DNA of 62,550 bases, filler included, from Nemertoderma westbladi (taxonomy: Eukaryota > Animalia > Xenacoelomorpha), in the NCBI GenBank assembly GCA_032718475.1. It is 4 parts of 4 records of this genome, joined end to end, with 100 filler letters (N's around TTAATTAATTAA, not from the genome) between each part and the next. Parts side by side here need not be neighbours in the genome. Positions count along the whole stretch, not along the records: positions 1 to 23,932 come from JAUCBJ010002586.1; positions 24,033 to 39,790 come from JAUCBJ010003302.1; 2 more parts are not named here. One strand, written 5' to 3'. Both the position numbers and the translations under genes were made by a program. This document shows, in pieces, positions 22,774 through 35,905 of this stretch. A model generated the notes under the pieces. It saw nothing but the letters and a program-made list of their open reading frames with translations. It was not told the origin of the DNA and did not search any database. Every line of letters begins with the position of its first letter. Position 1 is the first letter of the stretch.

Positions 22774-23932
22774 GTAAAAGCCTTTGCTGAATTGCCCCGT
22801 TATTTTTATTATCTTTTACATTAAAATACTCTGTAGTTGATTCAATAAGTGTAAGAGACCGTATTATTGCTGTATCGGTGTTTTTAGAGGATCTAAGACC
22901 TATTTCCTCCGTATGTGTACTGTGAAAGGCATATTTTATGATTCTATGGCAATTCGTGACGCAAAGGGGTGATAGCTACTCTTGAACAGTAGTTACTATG
23001 ACTACGGTTAACAGCTGACATTCATACGTGTTGATTTCCTTTGTTCTACGGCGTCTCTCAGTTCAGTCAGCCAATTAGAGCGTTTTGTGGCTCCTTGTAC
23101 AGAAAATTTCCGAGAAATGACGCAATGCCTATGTGCAGTGTTTACATTCAGTCCTAAGCCAAAGAAAGAACGGCTTGGAAGTATTTTGTGCTTTACTGTT
23201 TTTAGTCTTACACTAGTAGGTTTAATTATAAAGGGCATATATCCTTTAACCTAACGACTACCTGACTGATCATACATCCTGACTGCTGAAACATTGCAAA
23301 CTCATAACAATCAGTGTTCAGTTGTTGTTTTATACTGCTATTTACTGTCAGTTCTTCATAATATGGTTGATGAATTATTATATTTGGAATAACGATAAAT
23401 AACCCCGAAACCCAATATTCTTGATATACCGAAGGTAAGAGAGAAAGGTTACCAATAACGATTGTGACTTATGTTAAAGTGGTTTGAAGTGAATCTAATG
23501 TTATTTGATAGACCCTACATGAGTCAGCCTGTGTTCCTTTTATATGTGACTAAAATCAGTGAAGATTGGCAGATTAGTGTGCAGTATTGTGCAGCATTGT
23601 GTATGAGTGAGTCTGTTAAAGAAGCAATTCCTAAAGAATGCGCCATATATGTGAATTATAATTAAGCCATATCGTTGTGAGTAGTTTAAGTCATAACTCT
23701 GTTTATATAGATAAAGCGCCACGTCCTAAAGGAACTGTTAATATTCCCGAAGGTAAATAATATTGTCAGAGATTATATAATACTGTCAGTCGAATAATAC
23801 ATTAGGCTTACATAGCAACAAAATTAAACCGTCGAACCCAATCTCCCGGGAATATCCAGCGGGTGAATGGTCGCGCACGGATTGGTTTCGACTAGTGTAG
23901 TGAATCAAATACGTGTCATAGACTAAAAACTG

Positions 23933-24032
23933 NNNNNNNNNNNNNNNNNNNNNNNNNNNNNNNNNNNNNNNNNNNNTTAATTAATTAANNNNNNNNNNNN
24001 NNNNNNNNNNNNNNNNNNNNNNNNNNNNNNNN
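23933..24032. other. Assembly gap spacer
   Basis: 100 nt: N run with a central TTAATTAATTAA. Confidence 0.98.
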
Positions 24033-24034
24033 AT

Positions 24035-24388
24035 ATGGTTGTTAATGCCGTTACATCGCTGATTCATGGTTCTTCGTCATGTTGGGGATATCGGAGTGTC
24101 TGGCATCAATTACAACTTATGGGCATTCATGTTCCCCGATCAACAGTAGCCCTTATATTACGTACACTTTGTCCTGAGGCAACCGAACTCCGGCGTCGTC
24201 ATCGACTTCAGCGCCGCCAGTACTTCAATGTCGGACCTAATGCAGTTTGGCACGTGGATGGACATGATAAACTTAAACCTTATGGATTTCCAATCCACGG
24301 TGCTATTGATGGTTGGTCGCGTTATATTTTGTGGCTAAAAGTCGTCATTTCTAACAATAACCCTAACAATATATGTTTTTTCATATAA
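24035..24388 (+). pseudogene. Fragment of an rve-like (DDE integrase core) transposase
   Basis: Encodes GYRSVWHQL...RRRHRLQRRQYFNVGPNAVWHVDGHDKLKPYGFPIHGAIDGWSRYILWL; truncated. Confidence 0.8.
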
Positions 24389-24777
24389 TAATAAAATACA
24401 TTTTCATGTAATATTGAAATTTAAAATATGGGGGTGGTAAGAATACACTGAGGGGGGTTAAATTTCACTAAAAAATCACCCAGAGTAAGCCTAGTTTCAC
24501 CCCCGGTTAAAATACCGTATATATAGTGAATTCTAACCGGGGGTGAATTTTTAGGGGGGTGGTAATTTTCTGCTACACCAGTAGTTGTAAAATAATCAGA
24601 TACCGCATCAGGTATGGGGGCTACCGACAACGACGGCGGCCTATGAGCTAAGTAGCAAAGGTGGACGGACACTGACACTACTACAGTAGGCCTGCTACAC
24701 TCTACTGTTGTACTGATACTAGCTAATAAATGGGTTGCTAAGAAACCTTGAAGATGGTTGCTAAGCAATCGAATCTC

Positions 24778-25165
24778 ATGCCAACTACACACACATGCCA
24801 ACTACACATATGCCAACTACACACACATGCCAACTACACACACGTGCCAACTACACATATGCCAACTACACATGCCAACTACACATATGCCAACTACACA
24901 TGCCAACTACACATATGCCAACTACACACATATGCCAACTACACATGCCAACTACACACACATGCCAACTACACACATATGCCAACTACACACACGTGCC
25001 AACTACACACATATGCCAACTACACACACGTGCCAACTACACACACATGCCAACTACACATGCCAACTACACACACATGCCAAATACACACATATGCCAA
25101 CTACACACACACATGCCAACTACACACACGTGCCAACTACACACACATGTGCCAACTACACACTC
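24778..25165. repeat. Variable-length minisatellite TGCCAACTA(CA)n
   Basis: About 23 units of 13-21 bp. Confidence 0.95.
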
Positions 25166-25917
25166 ATAAAAAATCAGATTTTATGTGTAAAGTTGACTGG
25201 CACTTGTGGGCTTCCGTAGTATGCAAGCACACCTACTGCAATGCAGTATCGGAGTAGGCCTATTGATGTATTGTTGGTAAGTTCATTTAGTTGAGTAAAC
25301 CTATCACTGTAACACTCTGAAGCCCTGTTTATACTTCGTCTGCAGACATCATCAGACACGTCTGTAGCACGTCTGCGTCAGACACCATAAGACATGCTTC
25401 AGTGTCTGACACTACACCGACATGCTCACCAATGTCTGTGACAGACACAATTACGTCTGTGGCGTTTTATAAATGGTTAAAAAAATATATGTCTGATATC
25501 AGATACATGAAGTGGGGCTTTCGCGCAGCACCTGAGATAAACTTATGTTAAGTGTCAAATCAAAGAATTATACACGCAAGAAATGGCTAAAGGTTTTCAT
25601 TTCAGACATTTATAAAATGTTTTAATTTCATACCACTAGCGCGAGACTGGTGAACTGCCTAGGGATTACTGTCCTCACAAAGACGTGTATCTTGAAACGG
25701 ATAACAAAATTTGTTATTATATATTATTTAATAATGATAACTGCGAGTATATAATTGTGAATTTATTCATTTAATCAATGTTAATCACCATGAATTTAAT
25801 TAATTGTGGTGTCAAAAAACGTACAACACTCTCCGCTTTCAATTTGATATAAGCCACGTGTGAAATAATTGAGATTAAATGTGTTTTCGACCGTTTCCTC
25901 GTGTGTTTACAAAAAAA

Positions 25918-26541
25918 GCAAGTGGATGACTTCTGCTACCTGGGATCATGGATCCGGAAGTCAGGTGAGGACCTTCAAATACGTAAGGGAAAGGCATGGG
26001 CAGCCTTGAATAGGCTTTCCAGGACTTGGAAGTCACCGAGAATTAATCGGAAACTTAAGGTCCGATTATTTAGAGCAGCAGTAGTTCCAGTACTCCTCTA
26101 TGGGAGTCCATGCTGGGCTCTAGCTGCTGAGGACACAAAATCTCTGGATGGCACATTCACAAGAATGCTACGCCGGGTTCATTGTGTCAATTACAATGCA
26201 CACATCTCAAACCAGACACTATATAACATTGGAGGTGTCTCATTGGTTCCCCCAAGCTTGACACTAGAACAAAATCGCCTCCGCTTTGCAGGACATTGCT
26301 TTCGCCGTGAGGACCAGCCAGTGCATAATCTTGTACTTTGGCAGCCTCATGGAGTGAATAAGCATTGTGGACAGCCCATGACTTTCTTGAGACGCATTTT
26401 AAAGGACACTGGCCTTGAAGATGCGGATGATCTAGCAAATGTCATGGGTGATAGGGAGTTGTGGCGGTGCAATTTTGTCGATAAGCCGGCACAGCATTCT
26501 TAAAAATGCAGCTGCAATGCTGCATGCCGATCCTAGTAGTA
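25918..26541 (+). mobile_element. 3' fragment of a second RTE family
   Basis: Encodes VDDFCYLGS...VLLYGSPCW...RLRFAGHCFR; ends gatcctagtagta, a TAG-type tail. Confidence 0.85.
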
Positions 26542-26674
26542 CAAAAAAACACACCCCGCCACTCGATTCAGGGCACATTGTTACCCCTTATTCGATTGTT
26601 TCTAGCCCAACAATTTTTTCGCACACCAACCCTATTAAATTACAAAGACAAATAATGATATACTGTACCCATAA

Positions 26675-28705
26675 AGGCTGGTTTACACGTGGCAACATTT
26701 TGAGCAACTTTGTCGGCAACTACAGTAGTTAACTGTTTTGGACCATCTTAACTTGTCTGTTGTTTACACGTGGCAACTTTACAAACTACTTGGCCGGCAA
26801 CTTTTTGAGCAACTTAGTTGATTTGATGCAAAATAATGGTCTCTTTAGAAACTGGGCTATTATTGTATTATTGCACTGCCTCCCAATAATTGTGGAACAA
26901 TTCGTATTCCCACTGTCCCTACTTTACATTATGAATTACAGTAAAACTGAAAAACGGTACAATTTACAGTGAAATATTCAAAAGAAAATCGGCCGCAATT
27001 GCCTACGTCTCATACAGTAAGCCCCTATAAAGTAAGTTGGATGAACCGGCAAGGAATATGCGGAAGTGTACCAATGCCAGTGGTGCATGCATATCTTATG
27101 TATATCATGCATATCTTACATATCTATGCATTTATTAGAGTGTGATGCACAACAATATCGGCGATATGCGGATGCATTGCCGACACATTTGAGTATCTCA
27201 TTATGTCAATCAAACCATTATTAGTATAACAATACTGTAACATGAGACTAACGCGGGAAGGTGTCCCAGAACAACTCATACCATACATAATTTATCTTCC
27301 GTGTTGTTTAACCTTCCGTGTTTGGCATTACTACACTTTGGGAACCCACTTTTTGAGAGAATTTTCTCTTATGAACATTACGAAAATCGAATATGTAAAA
27401 TACTAGGCCTTAGGCCTACTAATAATAGTGTCAGAAGATAATCTCCTGTCACTAATATGTTAGCTAGTAATTTTGATTTTGTGTTAGCTAGTACTTTTGA
27501 TTTTGTGTTAGCTAGTACTTTTGATTTTGTGTTAGCTAGTAATTTTGATTTTGTGTTAGCTTGTACTTTTGATTTTGTGTTAGCTAGTACTTTTGATTTT
27601 GTGTTAGCTAGTACTTTTGATTTTGTGTTAGCTAGTACTTTTGATTTTGTGTTAGCTAGTACTTTTGATTTTGTGTTAGCTAGTACTTTTGATTTTGTGT
27701 TAGCTAGTACTTTTGATTTTGTGTTAGCTAGTACCGTACTTTTGATTTTGTGTTAGCTAGTACTTTTGATTTTGTGTTAGCTAGTACTTTTGATTTTGTG
27801 TTAGCTAGTACTTTTGATTTTGTGTTAGCTAGTACTTTTGATTTTGTGTTAGCTAGTACTTTTGATTTTGTGTTAGCTAGTACTTTTGATTTTGTGTTAG
27901 CTAGTACTTTTGATTTTGTGTTAGCTAGTACTTTTGATTTTGTGTTAGCTAGTACTTTTGATTTTGTGTTAGCTAGTACTTTTGATTTTGTGTTAGCTAG
28001 TACTTTTGATTTTGTGTTAGCTAGTACTTTTGATTTTGTGTTAGCTAGTACTTTTGATTTTGTGTTAGCTAGTACTTTTGATTTTGTGTTAGCTAGTACT
28101 TTTGATTTTGTGTTAGCTAGTACTTTTGATTTTGTGTTAGCTAGTACTTTTGATTTTGTGTTAGCTAGTACTTTTGATTTTGTGTGTTAGCTAGTACTTT
28201 TGATTTTGTGTTAGCTAGTACTTTTGATTTTGTGTTAGCTAGTACTTTTGATTTTGTGTTAGCTAGTACTTTTGATTTTGTGTTAGCTAGTACTTTTGAT
28301 TTTGTGTTAGCTAGTACTTTTGATTTTGTGTTAGCTAGTACTTTTGATTTTGTGTTAGCTAGTACTTTTGATTTTGTGTTAGCTAGTACTTTTGATTTTG
28401 TGTTAGCTAGTACTTTTGATTTTGTGTTAGCTAGTACCTTTGATTTTGTGTTAGCTAGTACTTTTGATTTTGTGTTAGCTAGTACTTTTGATTTTGTGTT
28501 AGCTAGTACTTTTGATTTTGTGTTAGCTGGTACTTTTGATTTTGTGTTAGCTAGTACTTTTGATTCTGTGTTAGCTAGTACTTTTGATTTTGTGTTAGCT
28601 AGTACTTTTGATTTTGTGTTAGCTAGTACGGTACTTTTGATTTTGTGTTACTAGTACTTTTTTTGATCGAAGTTGCTCTATACGTTACCACGTGTAAACC
28701 GGCCT
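26675..28705. mobile_element. PIF/Harbinger-like non-autonomous element
   Basis: Reads TAA|AGGCTGGTTTACACGTGGCAAC ... GTTACCACGTGTAAACCGGCCT|TTA: a 22-bp TIR with TWA flanks. Confidence 0.75.
27457..28662. repeat. 24-bp tandem array, about 50 copies
   Basis: (gttagctagtacttttgattttgt)n inside the Harbinger-like element. Confidence 0.98.
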
Positions 28706-30023
28706 TTAGTGCAATGATTTGTAAAGGTAGGTCTACTGGCTACTGTATACCGGACTGTCCGTGTACTGTAGAGTATAGTACTACTCCCTCTATACTGTAC
28801 AATACATTATATGCTGTATGTAGGCCTATGTAATTGACTGAAATTAATTGAATAATACTATATTGGAGCAATAAAGATGAACTGAGATACATAGCACTCC
28901 ACGACTCCAGCAGTCCACCCCAGCTTCACGCAATCCATCACCAACGCTCAATATCTATCCATTCACCAATTCTTCTTATTGAACGCCACCTACCGACGCA
29001 ACGCCGAACATTAGTAACCAACAGGAAATCATAAGGCCACCGAAAGTTGAGATGCGAACTAAACCCGCTGTATGAGTTCAGCTGCGTCGCAAAACATCAA
29101 CAAAAGGAACGTTATACCGTCGCGAAAAGCCAACAAAAGGGACGTATACCGTCTCTCAACACCGATCAATAGGCTAATTATTGCGTTCCATTGTTTGACT
29201 TCTCTAACGAGCATCTGTCCCTTCCTTCAATGTAAACAAAAACACAACAACATAGAAGGGTATTGATTAAAATATTTTACTGGTCTTATAAAGAAACCAT
29301 CTGCCGAGTCGATTACCGTAGCATAGATATGGGGACGGCGCTGTGATGCAACCATTCGACTGCAATAAGAACACACCCACGAATGGAGCCAGCATCCATC
29401 TACCCTGTTTTAATTGTTAATCGTAAATACGCCATAAAATTGCTTCGTATTGATTTACAAAAGGTTCTTTGGTACCACGGCTTAATTAAACAATGCGAAA
29501 ACAACAGGTCGAGGTCGCTTCGCTTACAAAAGCTGAAAGTGGCAGTTAACCAGTTTAATTAACCATACTGTACCATCGCCTATTATTTATCTTAATTGCC
29601 AAATTCGAAGAATAAGCAAGACACATGTGCAGTGCAATTTTTTTATATTTTATAGCGTATTGGGTCTAAAGTCCAAATGGGACGAAGGTCGTACGAGGAT
29701 CAGAGGCTCCGGTTCGTCATTTAACTGCAAGTAAACCTGTGTTATTAACTCTAGTTTATTGTTTTGGTTAGAATAACGTACCCATATAACCTGATCCTTT
29801 CCCGTAATCAACCTATGCGGAAATACATCCCATACGGACCTTTTGTTATGGAACCCTTTATAACTATAATATATCACTCACTGTAACATCATGATGCTTC
29901 ATACATAAAAAGATCCAGGATATACTGCAGAAGTAAAAGCGAAGTAGTGCATTAGTACAGGTAAGATGATCCACATGAGATCCAAGGTGGGTGGGTTAAT
30001 TACCGGTAGTTAAACAATCATTT

Positions 30024-31160
30024 GGTGTTCGGACACTTCCCCCCCCCCGGACACTTCCCCCCCCCCCCCCCGGAAAGTCCCCCCCCCCCCCGCTCAAGTA
30101 GGACACTTCCCCCCCCCAGACACTTCCCCCCCCCCCCCGGACACTTCCCCCCCGACTGTTCTTAACTTCGCACATTCGTATTTTTCATTTTGTAAGGTAA
30201 ACGGACCGCTTGTATCCAGACAAGTTGTATCCTATTTTCCTTTCGTAGCTCAGAAAGTGATCTTTTGCATCCCGATTTTACATTTTATATCCAAGTTTTA
30301 TTTATGGGTTTTATCAATGCAATTACATCGTATTGTTTGCTAATCTTTAAACAATTAATTATATGACCTATAAATTCCATCCCCCGAATGATAAACTGTT
30401 TTTATTAACTATAGAATTAGAATAATTAATTGTTTTAATTATAGGTATTATTATGTAATACCGTAGTCTTCTTCAAATTGTATCAGATGGGGATGAATAT
30501 TATTGTTGCAATCAAAATTATACCTCTCCAGGGTAAAATCGACATGCGTCGACCTGTATTCTGTGTTCACCATTATATATTGATATACATATTTACATAA
30601 ACATATTACTACTATCCATACTATATAGATATTATACACACTACATATTAAATTTCCTGGTTTCTTGCAATATTTTTAATAGGATTTTGTTGAATTATAT
30701 AATATTGTAGTAATTTATATATTAAATTGGTTAACGTTCAATACAGCTCCTACTTTAGGCTTAGTCAATTTATTATCTGATGATACAAACATGAATTGAT
30801 TATTTCAAAACGGTCTCAAAGTCTTTCACCACGGGCACACAGGGAAATGCCGGGGTTTGGGGGCAGCAGACCCGAACAAAAGAAGCGGGGGTTTGGGGGC
30901 GGCAGCCCCCAAGAAAAGAAGCAGGGGTTTGGGGGCGGCAGCCTCCAATTAAAAGAAAAACAAACAAAATTTGACTATAAAAATGTTTCTTTTATAATTT
31001 TGAAAAAACTTGTCTAGATACAACTTGTCCTGTAACCATCTTGAACTTTTGTTTATTGCTTTGACGCACCCTGATTAATTTTAACACTTTAACTGGGGGG
31101 GAAGTGTCCGGGGGGCAAGTGTCCGGGGGGGAAGTGTCCGGGGGGAAGTGTCCTAGATCC
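30024..31160 (-). mobile_element. Same family, copy 2, in inverted orientation
   Basis: Reverse-complement match to 16080-17190, with GG...CC ends and a perfect TSD AATCATTT at 30016-30023 and 31161-31168. Confidence 0.85.
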
Positions 31161-32202
31161 AATCATTTCGGTAGTTATGGTACGGCAAAATGCAGTGAAA
31201 TGGATCAAATACAGTAGGCACATATTTGTTCAGATAGGTTAGAAATTGTGGACATTAGGGAGCTAGGGTAGTGCAGATATTGGGGGGGGGGGGGGGGGGG
31301 GGGACTTTCGAGTTTCGACGCAATAAAAATTAATTCATCCCTCTGCAGGGGAAATTCGATGCAAATAACAACTGATTACTCTCAAAAATAAAACTATAAC
31401 CTGTTCTATTGACTCATTGAGGCGGCATATTAATTCGCTGAGATGGTATTTTCGTCAAGTTTCCTCCCTCTCTCTATTTGATTAAAAAAAGGTTGCCCAC
31501 ATACGAAACTGTACAGATCAATTATTATCGTGACTATCCTTTCCCAGAAAATAAAAGGTGAACGAACCTCGACAAAAGAAACACCTTCTGCCACCCAATT
31601 GGTAATATATTCTACACTCCAACCTGTTTTCCTATTTCAGCAACATTGTACTTAACTGTCAGATTTAATCCACTGACGACACGCTTAATTGGAGATCCGA
31701 AATTCGCATTCCATAAAGGTAATTATGTAATATAGGGCTGGGTAGGGTTTCGTGAATTACCTATGCACACTATCTCACTCCTTACAGTGATAGAAGGGGG
31801 TAATTATTGCTAGGCTCTGGTAATTCCAGCTAATGACATCCTTTCTGCAACAATAGAGCACGAGCACTAGCATGGCCTACTGGTGTACTGCTCTGTACCT
31901 ATCCCCGCATTCCCTATTATAAGGTGGTTTAATGAACCACCACGCTGCCTTGCATTCACGCTTGCAATCACGTTCCCCTTTCAAGTTCAGCCTCCGCAAA
32001 TAGCGGAAACCAAATCCAAAATTTGATTTAAGAGAAAAATTTGATTTCTCTGTTAATAATTTATATTTGAACAGAATTTCCAGAAACGAAGAACCCAAAT
32101 TGTCATTATGAATCGTTGTTTAGGTAATTAAATATAAGCGATGAGATATCAGGTGTTGGACAGAAACAACACTAAAATATACACAATTGTCCTGGAATAT
32201 AA

Positions 32203-34315
32203 TAGTGTCGTTATTCAGGTACCTGGAACCCCCCCCCCCCCCCCCCAAATGTTTTTACAAATCGTAATGAGATTGCATGAAATTTGAAACAGAGATAGTT
32301 TCACATCCCTCCTTCTTGCTCGGTGAGCCAGCATTTTTATTTTTGCTTTCAATCTTTAGCTGCAAGCGTTTGAAAAAGGTGTCTCCGTCGGTATTGCACC
32401 AGTTACACTTATTCTTCAACCATAAAGCGATTTGTTGATATTGACGGAAAGCTGACCGTGCAAGGATATGGATATAATACAAGATATGGATAGATAAGGT
32501 AAAAACTACACACCTCAAAATAATGTTTTCTCTCTACCAAACCGCTTTATAAAACCGCGTAAAAACTAGCAGATCAAAAATTATTTATACTAAAACTTCC
32601 TAAACTAGAACTAAAACTAAACCTTCAAATTTTATTTATAAGCGTTTTAAAAAAGTGTCCTTTGCGAAATCGCACCCTCTGTATCATTGCCATTCTTCAC
32701 TTTAGTCGTAAATTTTTCACATCAATAGAAAGCTTGCGTTGAAAGGATACCAAATATGTAGCAATATCTGAATTTCATTGAGAAACAGCTGAAAAATAGG
32801 CGTTCAAAGATTGTAAGAATTATTGTTCGCTGCAGGCCATTTATCTATATATAATATATACACCATAACCCTTAATACAACAACCATTTTTAGGGGGTCG
32901 GAGCCCCCCCCCCCCCCCCCAAATTTTTTCCAAATTTCATTAAAATTCTACGAAATTTGGTATGATGATAGATCGACACCTTTTCTTACTGGTGGCCTGG
33001 CCGGATTTTTTAATTTATGAGCTATTTCGATACAACAAGCCGTTAGAAATCGTCTATTTCGCAATATTTAGCCATCTCCGTCGGATTTATTTTTCGTCTT
33101 TGGAATGAAATCTAGATATCATTAGATCCGCCTTCATCTGCAGATTCGGAATCTGAAACCCGTTGTAAATTTCACCAAGACTCAATTCTAGAATATTAAT
33201 TATGGGTAATGAAAAAAACAAGATGGAGAGTTTTAAACGCTCAGCTAAATAATAATTAATATTCTAGAATAAAGACAACAAAACATCAGAATTATAGCGA
33301 TTTACGTCTCTAAATTTACACATTAGTATTTTGATAATATCTTTACCAATTTTTGGTTAAATTTAAAACGGTTTTCAGATTCGGAATCTACAGACGAAAG
33401 CGCTTCGAATGATATCTAGATTACATTTCAAAGATGTAAAATAAAGTCTACGGAGGTGGTTAAACATTGCTAAATAGACATTTTTTAAAGGATTGTTGTA
33501 TGGAAATAACTGAGAAATTGAAAAATCCGGCCAGGCCACCAGTAAGAAAAGGTGTCGATCTACTGTATCATCATACCAAATTTCGTAGCATTTTATTGAA
33601 ATTTGAAAAAAATTAGGGGGGGGGCTCCGACCCCCCAAAAATGGTTGTTGTATTAAGGGTTATGGTGTAAATAAAGCCTTATGTTTATTATTGTATGTAG
33701 CTGCAACTAAAACGGGATCAGTCTGTTAGTCTTATGTAAAGTTTTGTTAAGTTAATTAATTAAGTTATTTATGTTTGATATTGTCCATTGATTGATTGAC
33801 TGTATAGAAGCTTGTGAACTAGAAAGCCGTGTTCTAGAACGTGTTATTTATTTTATGAGTTGGCAGGCAACAGCAGTATGCCTATACAATATCTATACTG
33901 CCTAGCTAATCATACATAAACAAATTGTTCCAGATTGTGTATTCTTTACATAGAATAAATGGCCTGCAGCGAACAATAATTCTTGCAATCTTTGAACGCC
34001 TATTTTTCAGCTGTTTCTCAATGAAATTCAGATATTGCTACATATTTGGAATCCTTTCAACGCAAGCTTTCTATTGATGTGAAAAAATTACGACTAAAGT
34101 GAAGAATGGCAATGATACAGAGGGTGCGATTTCGCAAAAGACACTTTTTTAAAACGCTTATAAATAAAATTTAAAGGCGAAATCGAAAATTCCGGCTTCA
34201 TGGTAACAACCACGGTGAGTTGAACTAGTTGTGTTTCAAATTTCAAGCAATATGATAAAGATTTGTAGAAAAATTTGGGGGGGGGGGGGGTCCGTGTCAT
34301 CAGAAAATGACACTA
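32203..34315. mobile_element. Foldback-like DNA element with long inverted arms
   Basis: 32203-32290 is inverted against 34230-34315, and 32630-32850 against 33950-34170. Confidence 0.7.
32861..33667. mobile_element. Nested MITE with about 310-bp TIRs and TA target (Tc1/mariner-type)
   Basis: Reads TA|CACCATAACCCTTAATACAACAACC ... GGTTGTTGTATTAAGGGTTATGGTG|TA. Confidence 0.85.
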
Positions 34316-34342
34316 TATTACGGGTCATGGTGTATAGGAGTT

Positions 34343-34935
34343 GGATGAGCATAAGCTCAAAGGATGGTGTGCGTGAGCATGTAGATGACTTCTGTTCAGA
34401 TGAGGACCTTCGAATAATTAAGGTAATGGCATGGGCACTGGGCAGCATTGAATGGGCTTTCCAGGCTTAGGAAGTCACATAGAATTAATCGGAAACTTAA
34501 GGTCTGATTATTTAGAGCAGCAGTAGTTCCAGTAATCCTCCATGGGAGTCCACGCTGGGCTCTAACTGCTGGGGACACCAAATCTCTGGATGGTACATTC
34601 ACAAGAATGCTACGCCGGGTTTACTGTGTCAAGTACAATGCACACATCTCCAACCAGACACTATAAAATATTGGAGGTGTCTCATTGGTTCCAGATACTA
34701 TAACAAAGCCGCCTCCGCTTTGCAAGACATTGCTTTCGCCGTGAGGACCAGCCTGTGCACAATCTTATGCTTTGGCGGCCCCCTAGGAGAAAATAAGAAT
34801 GGTGGACAGCCCATGACTTTCGTGAGACGCCTCCTTGAAGATGCGGATAATGCGGATACGTCATGGGGGATAGTGAGTTGTGGCGGTGCAACTTTGTTGA
34901 TAAGCCTGCATAGCATTATTAATGCACGCTGCATT
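34343..34935 (+). mobile_element. Decayed 3' fragment of the second RTE family
   Basis: Clear nucleotide similarity to 25918-26520, with indels. Confidence 0.8.
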
Positions 34936-35050
34936 GGGCTTGCCATTTGTGGATTGCATGGTGGTGGCAAGGTTCTTTTGTTAAACCGGCATAGCATCTC
35001 AATGTGCAGTTTCAATGCAGCAGGCCGATTCAAGCAAGCAAAAAGCAGTA

Positions 35051-35905
35051 TGCAATATCGGTGGATACACCGGATACCGGTGCAATATCGGTGGATACAC
35101 AGGATACTGGTGTAATATCGGTGGATACACCGGATACTGGTGCAATATCGGTGGATACACCGGATACTGGTGCAATATCGGTGGATACACCGGATACTGG
35201 TGCAATATCGGTGGATACACCGGATACGGGTGCAATATCGGTGGATACACCGGATATTGTTGCAATATCGGTGGATACACCGGATACTGGTGCAATATCG
35301 GTGGATACACCGGATACTGGTGCAATATCGGTGGATACACCGGATACTGGTGCAATATCGGTGGATACACCGGATACTGGTGCAATATCGGTGGATACAC
35401 CGGATACTGGTGTAATATCGGTGGATACACCGGATACTGGTGTAATATCGGTGGATACACCGGATACTGGTGCAATATCGGTGGATACACTGGATACTGG
35501 TGCAATATCGTGGGATACACCGGATACTGGTGCAATATCAGTGGATACATCGGATACTGGTGCAATATCGGAGGATACACTGAATACTGGTGCAATATCG
35601 GTGGAAACACCGGATACTGGTGCAATATCGGTGGATACACCGGATAATGGTGCAATATCGGAGGATACACTGGATACTGGTGCAATATCGGTGGATACAC
35701 CGGATACTGGTGCAATGTCGGTGGATACACCGGATACTGATGCAATATCGGTGGATACACCGGATACTGGTGCAATATCGGTGGATACACCGGATACTGG
35801 TGCAATATCGGAGGATACACCGGAGTGCAATATCGGTGGATACACCGGATACTGGTGCAATATCGGTGGATACACCGGATACTGGTGCAATATCGGCGGA
35901 TAAAC
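35051..35905. repeat. 30-bp tandem array, about 28 copies
   Basis: (tgcaatatcggtggatacaccggatactgg)n. Confidence 0.98.

Noticed and set aside
23977-23988. TTAATTAATTAA motif inside N runs (also near 39835 and 56652)
   Set aside because: An artificial six-frame-stop gap linker. Adjacency across these gaps is uncertain.
24748-25257. His/Thr-rich repeat ORFs
   Set aside because: Minisatellite translation that is open in all three frames.
27457-28654. (LASTFDFV)n ORFs
   Set aside because: A 24-bp array inside a MITE, frameshifted several times.
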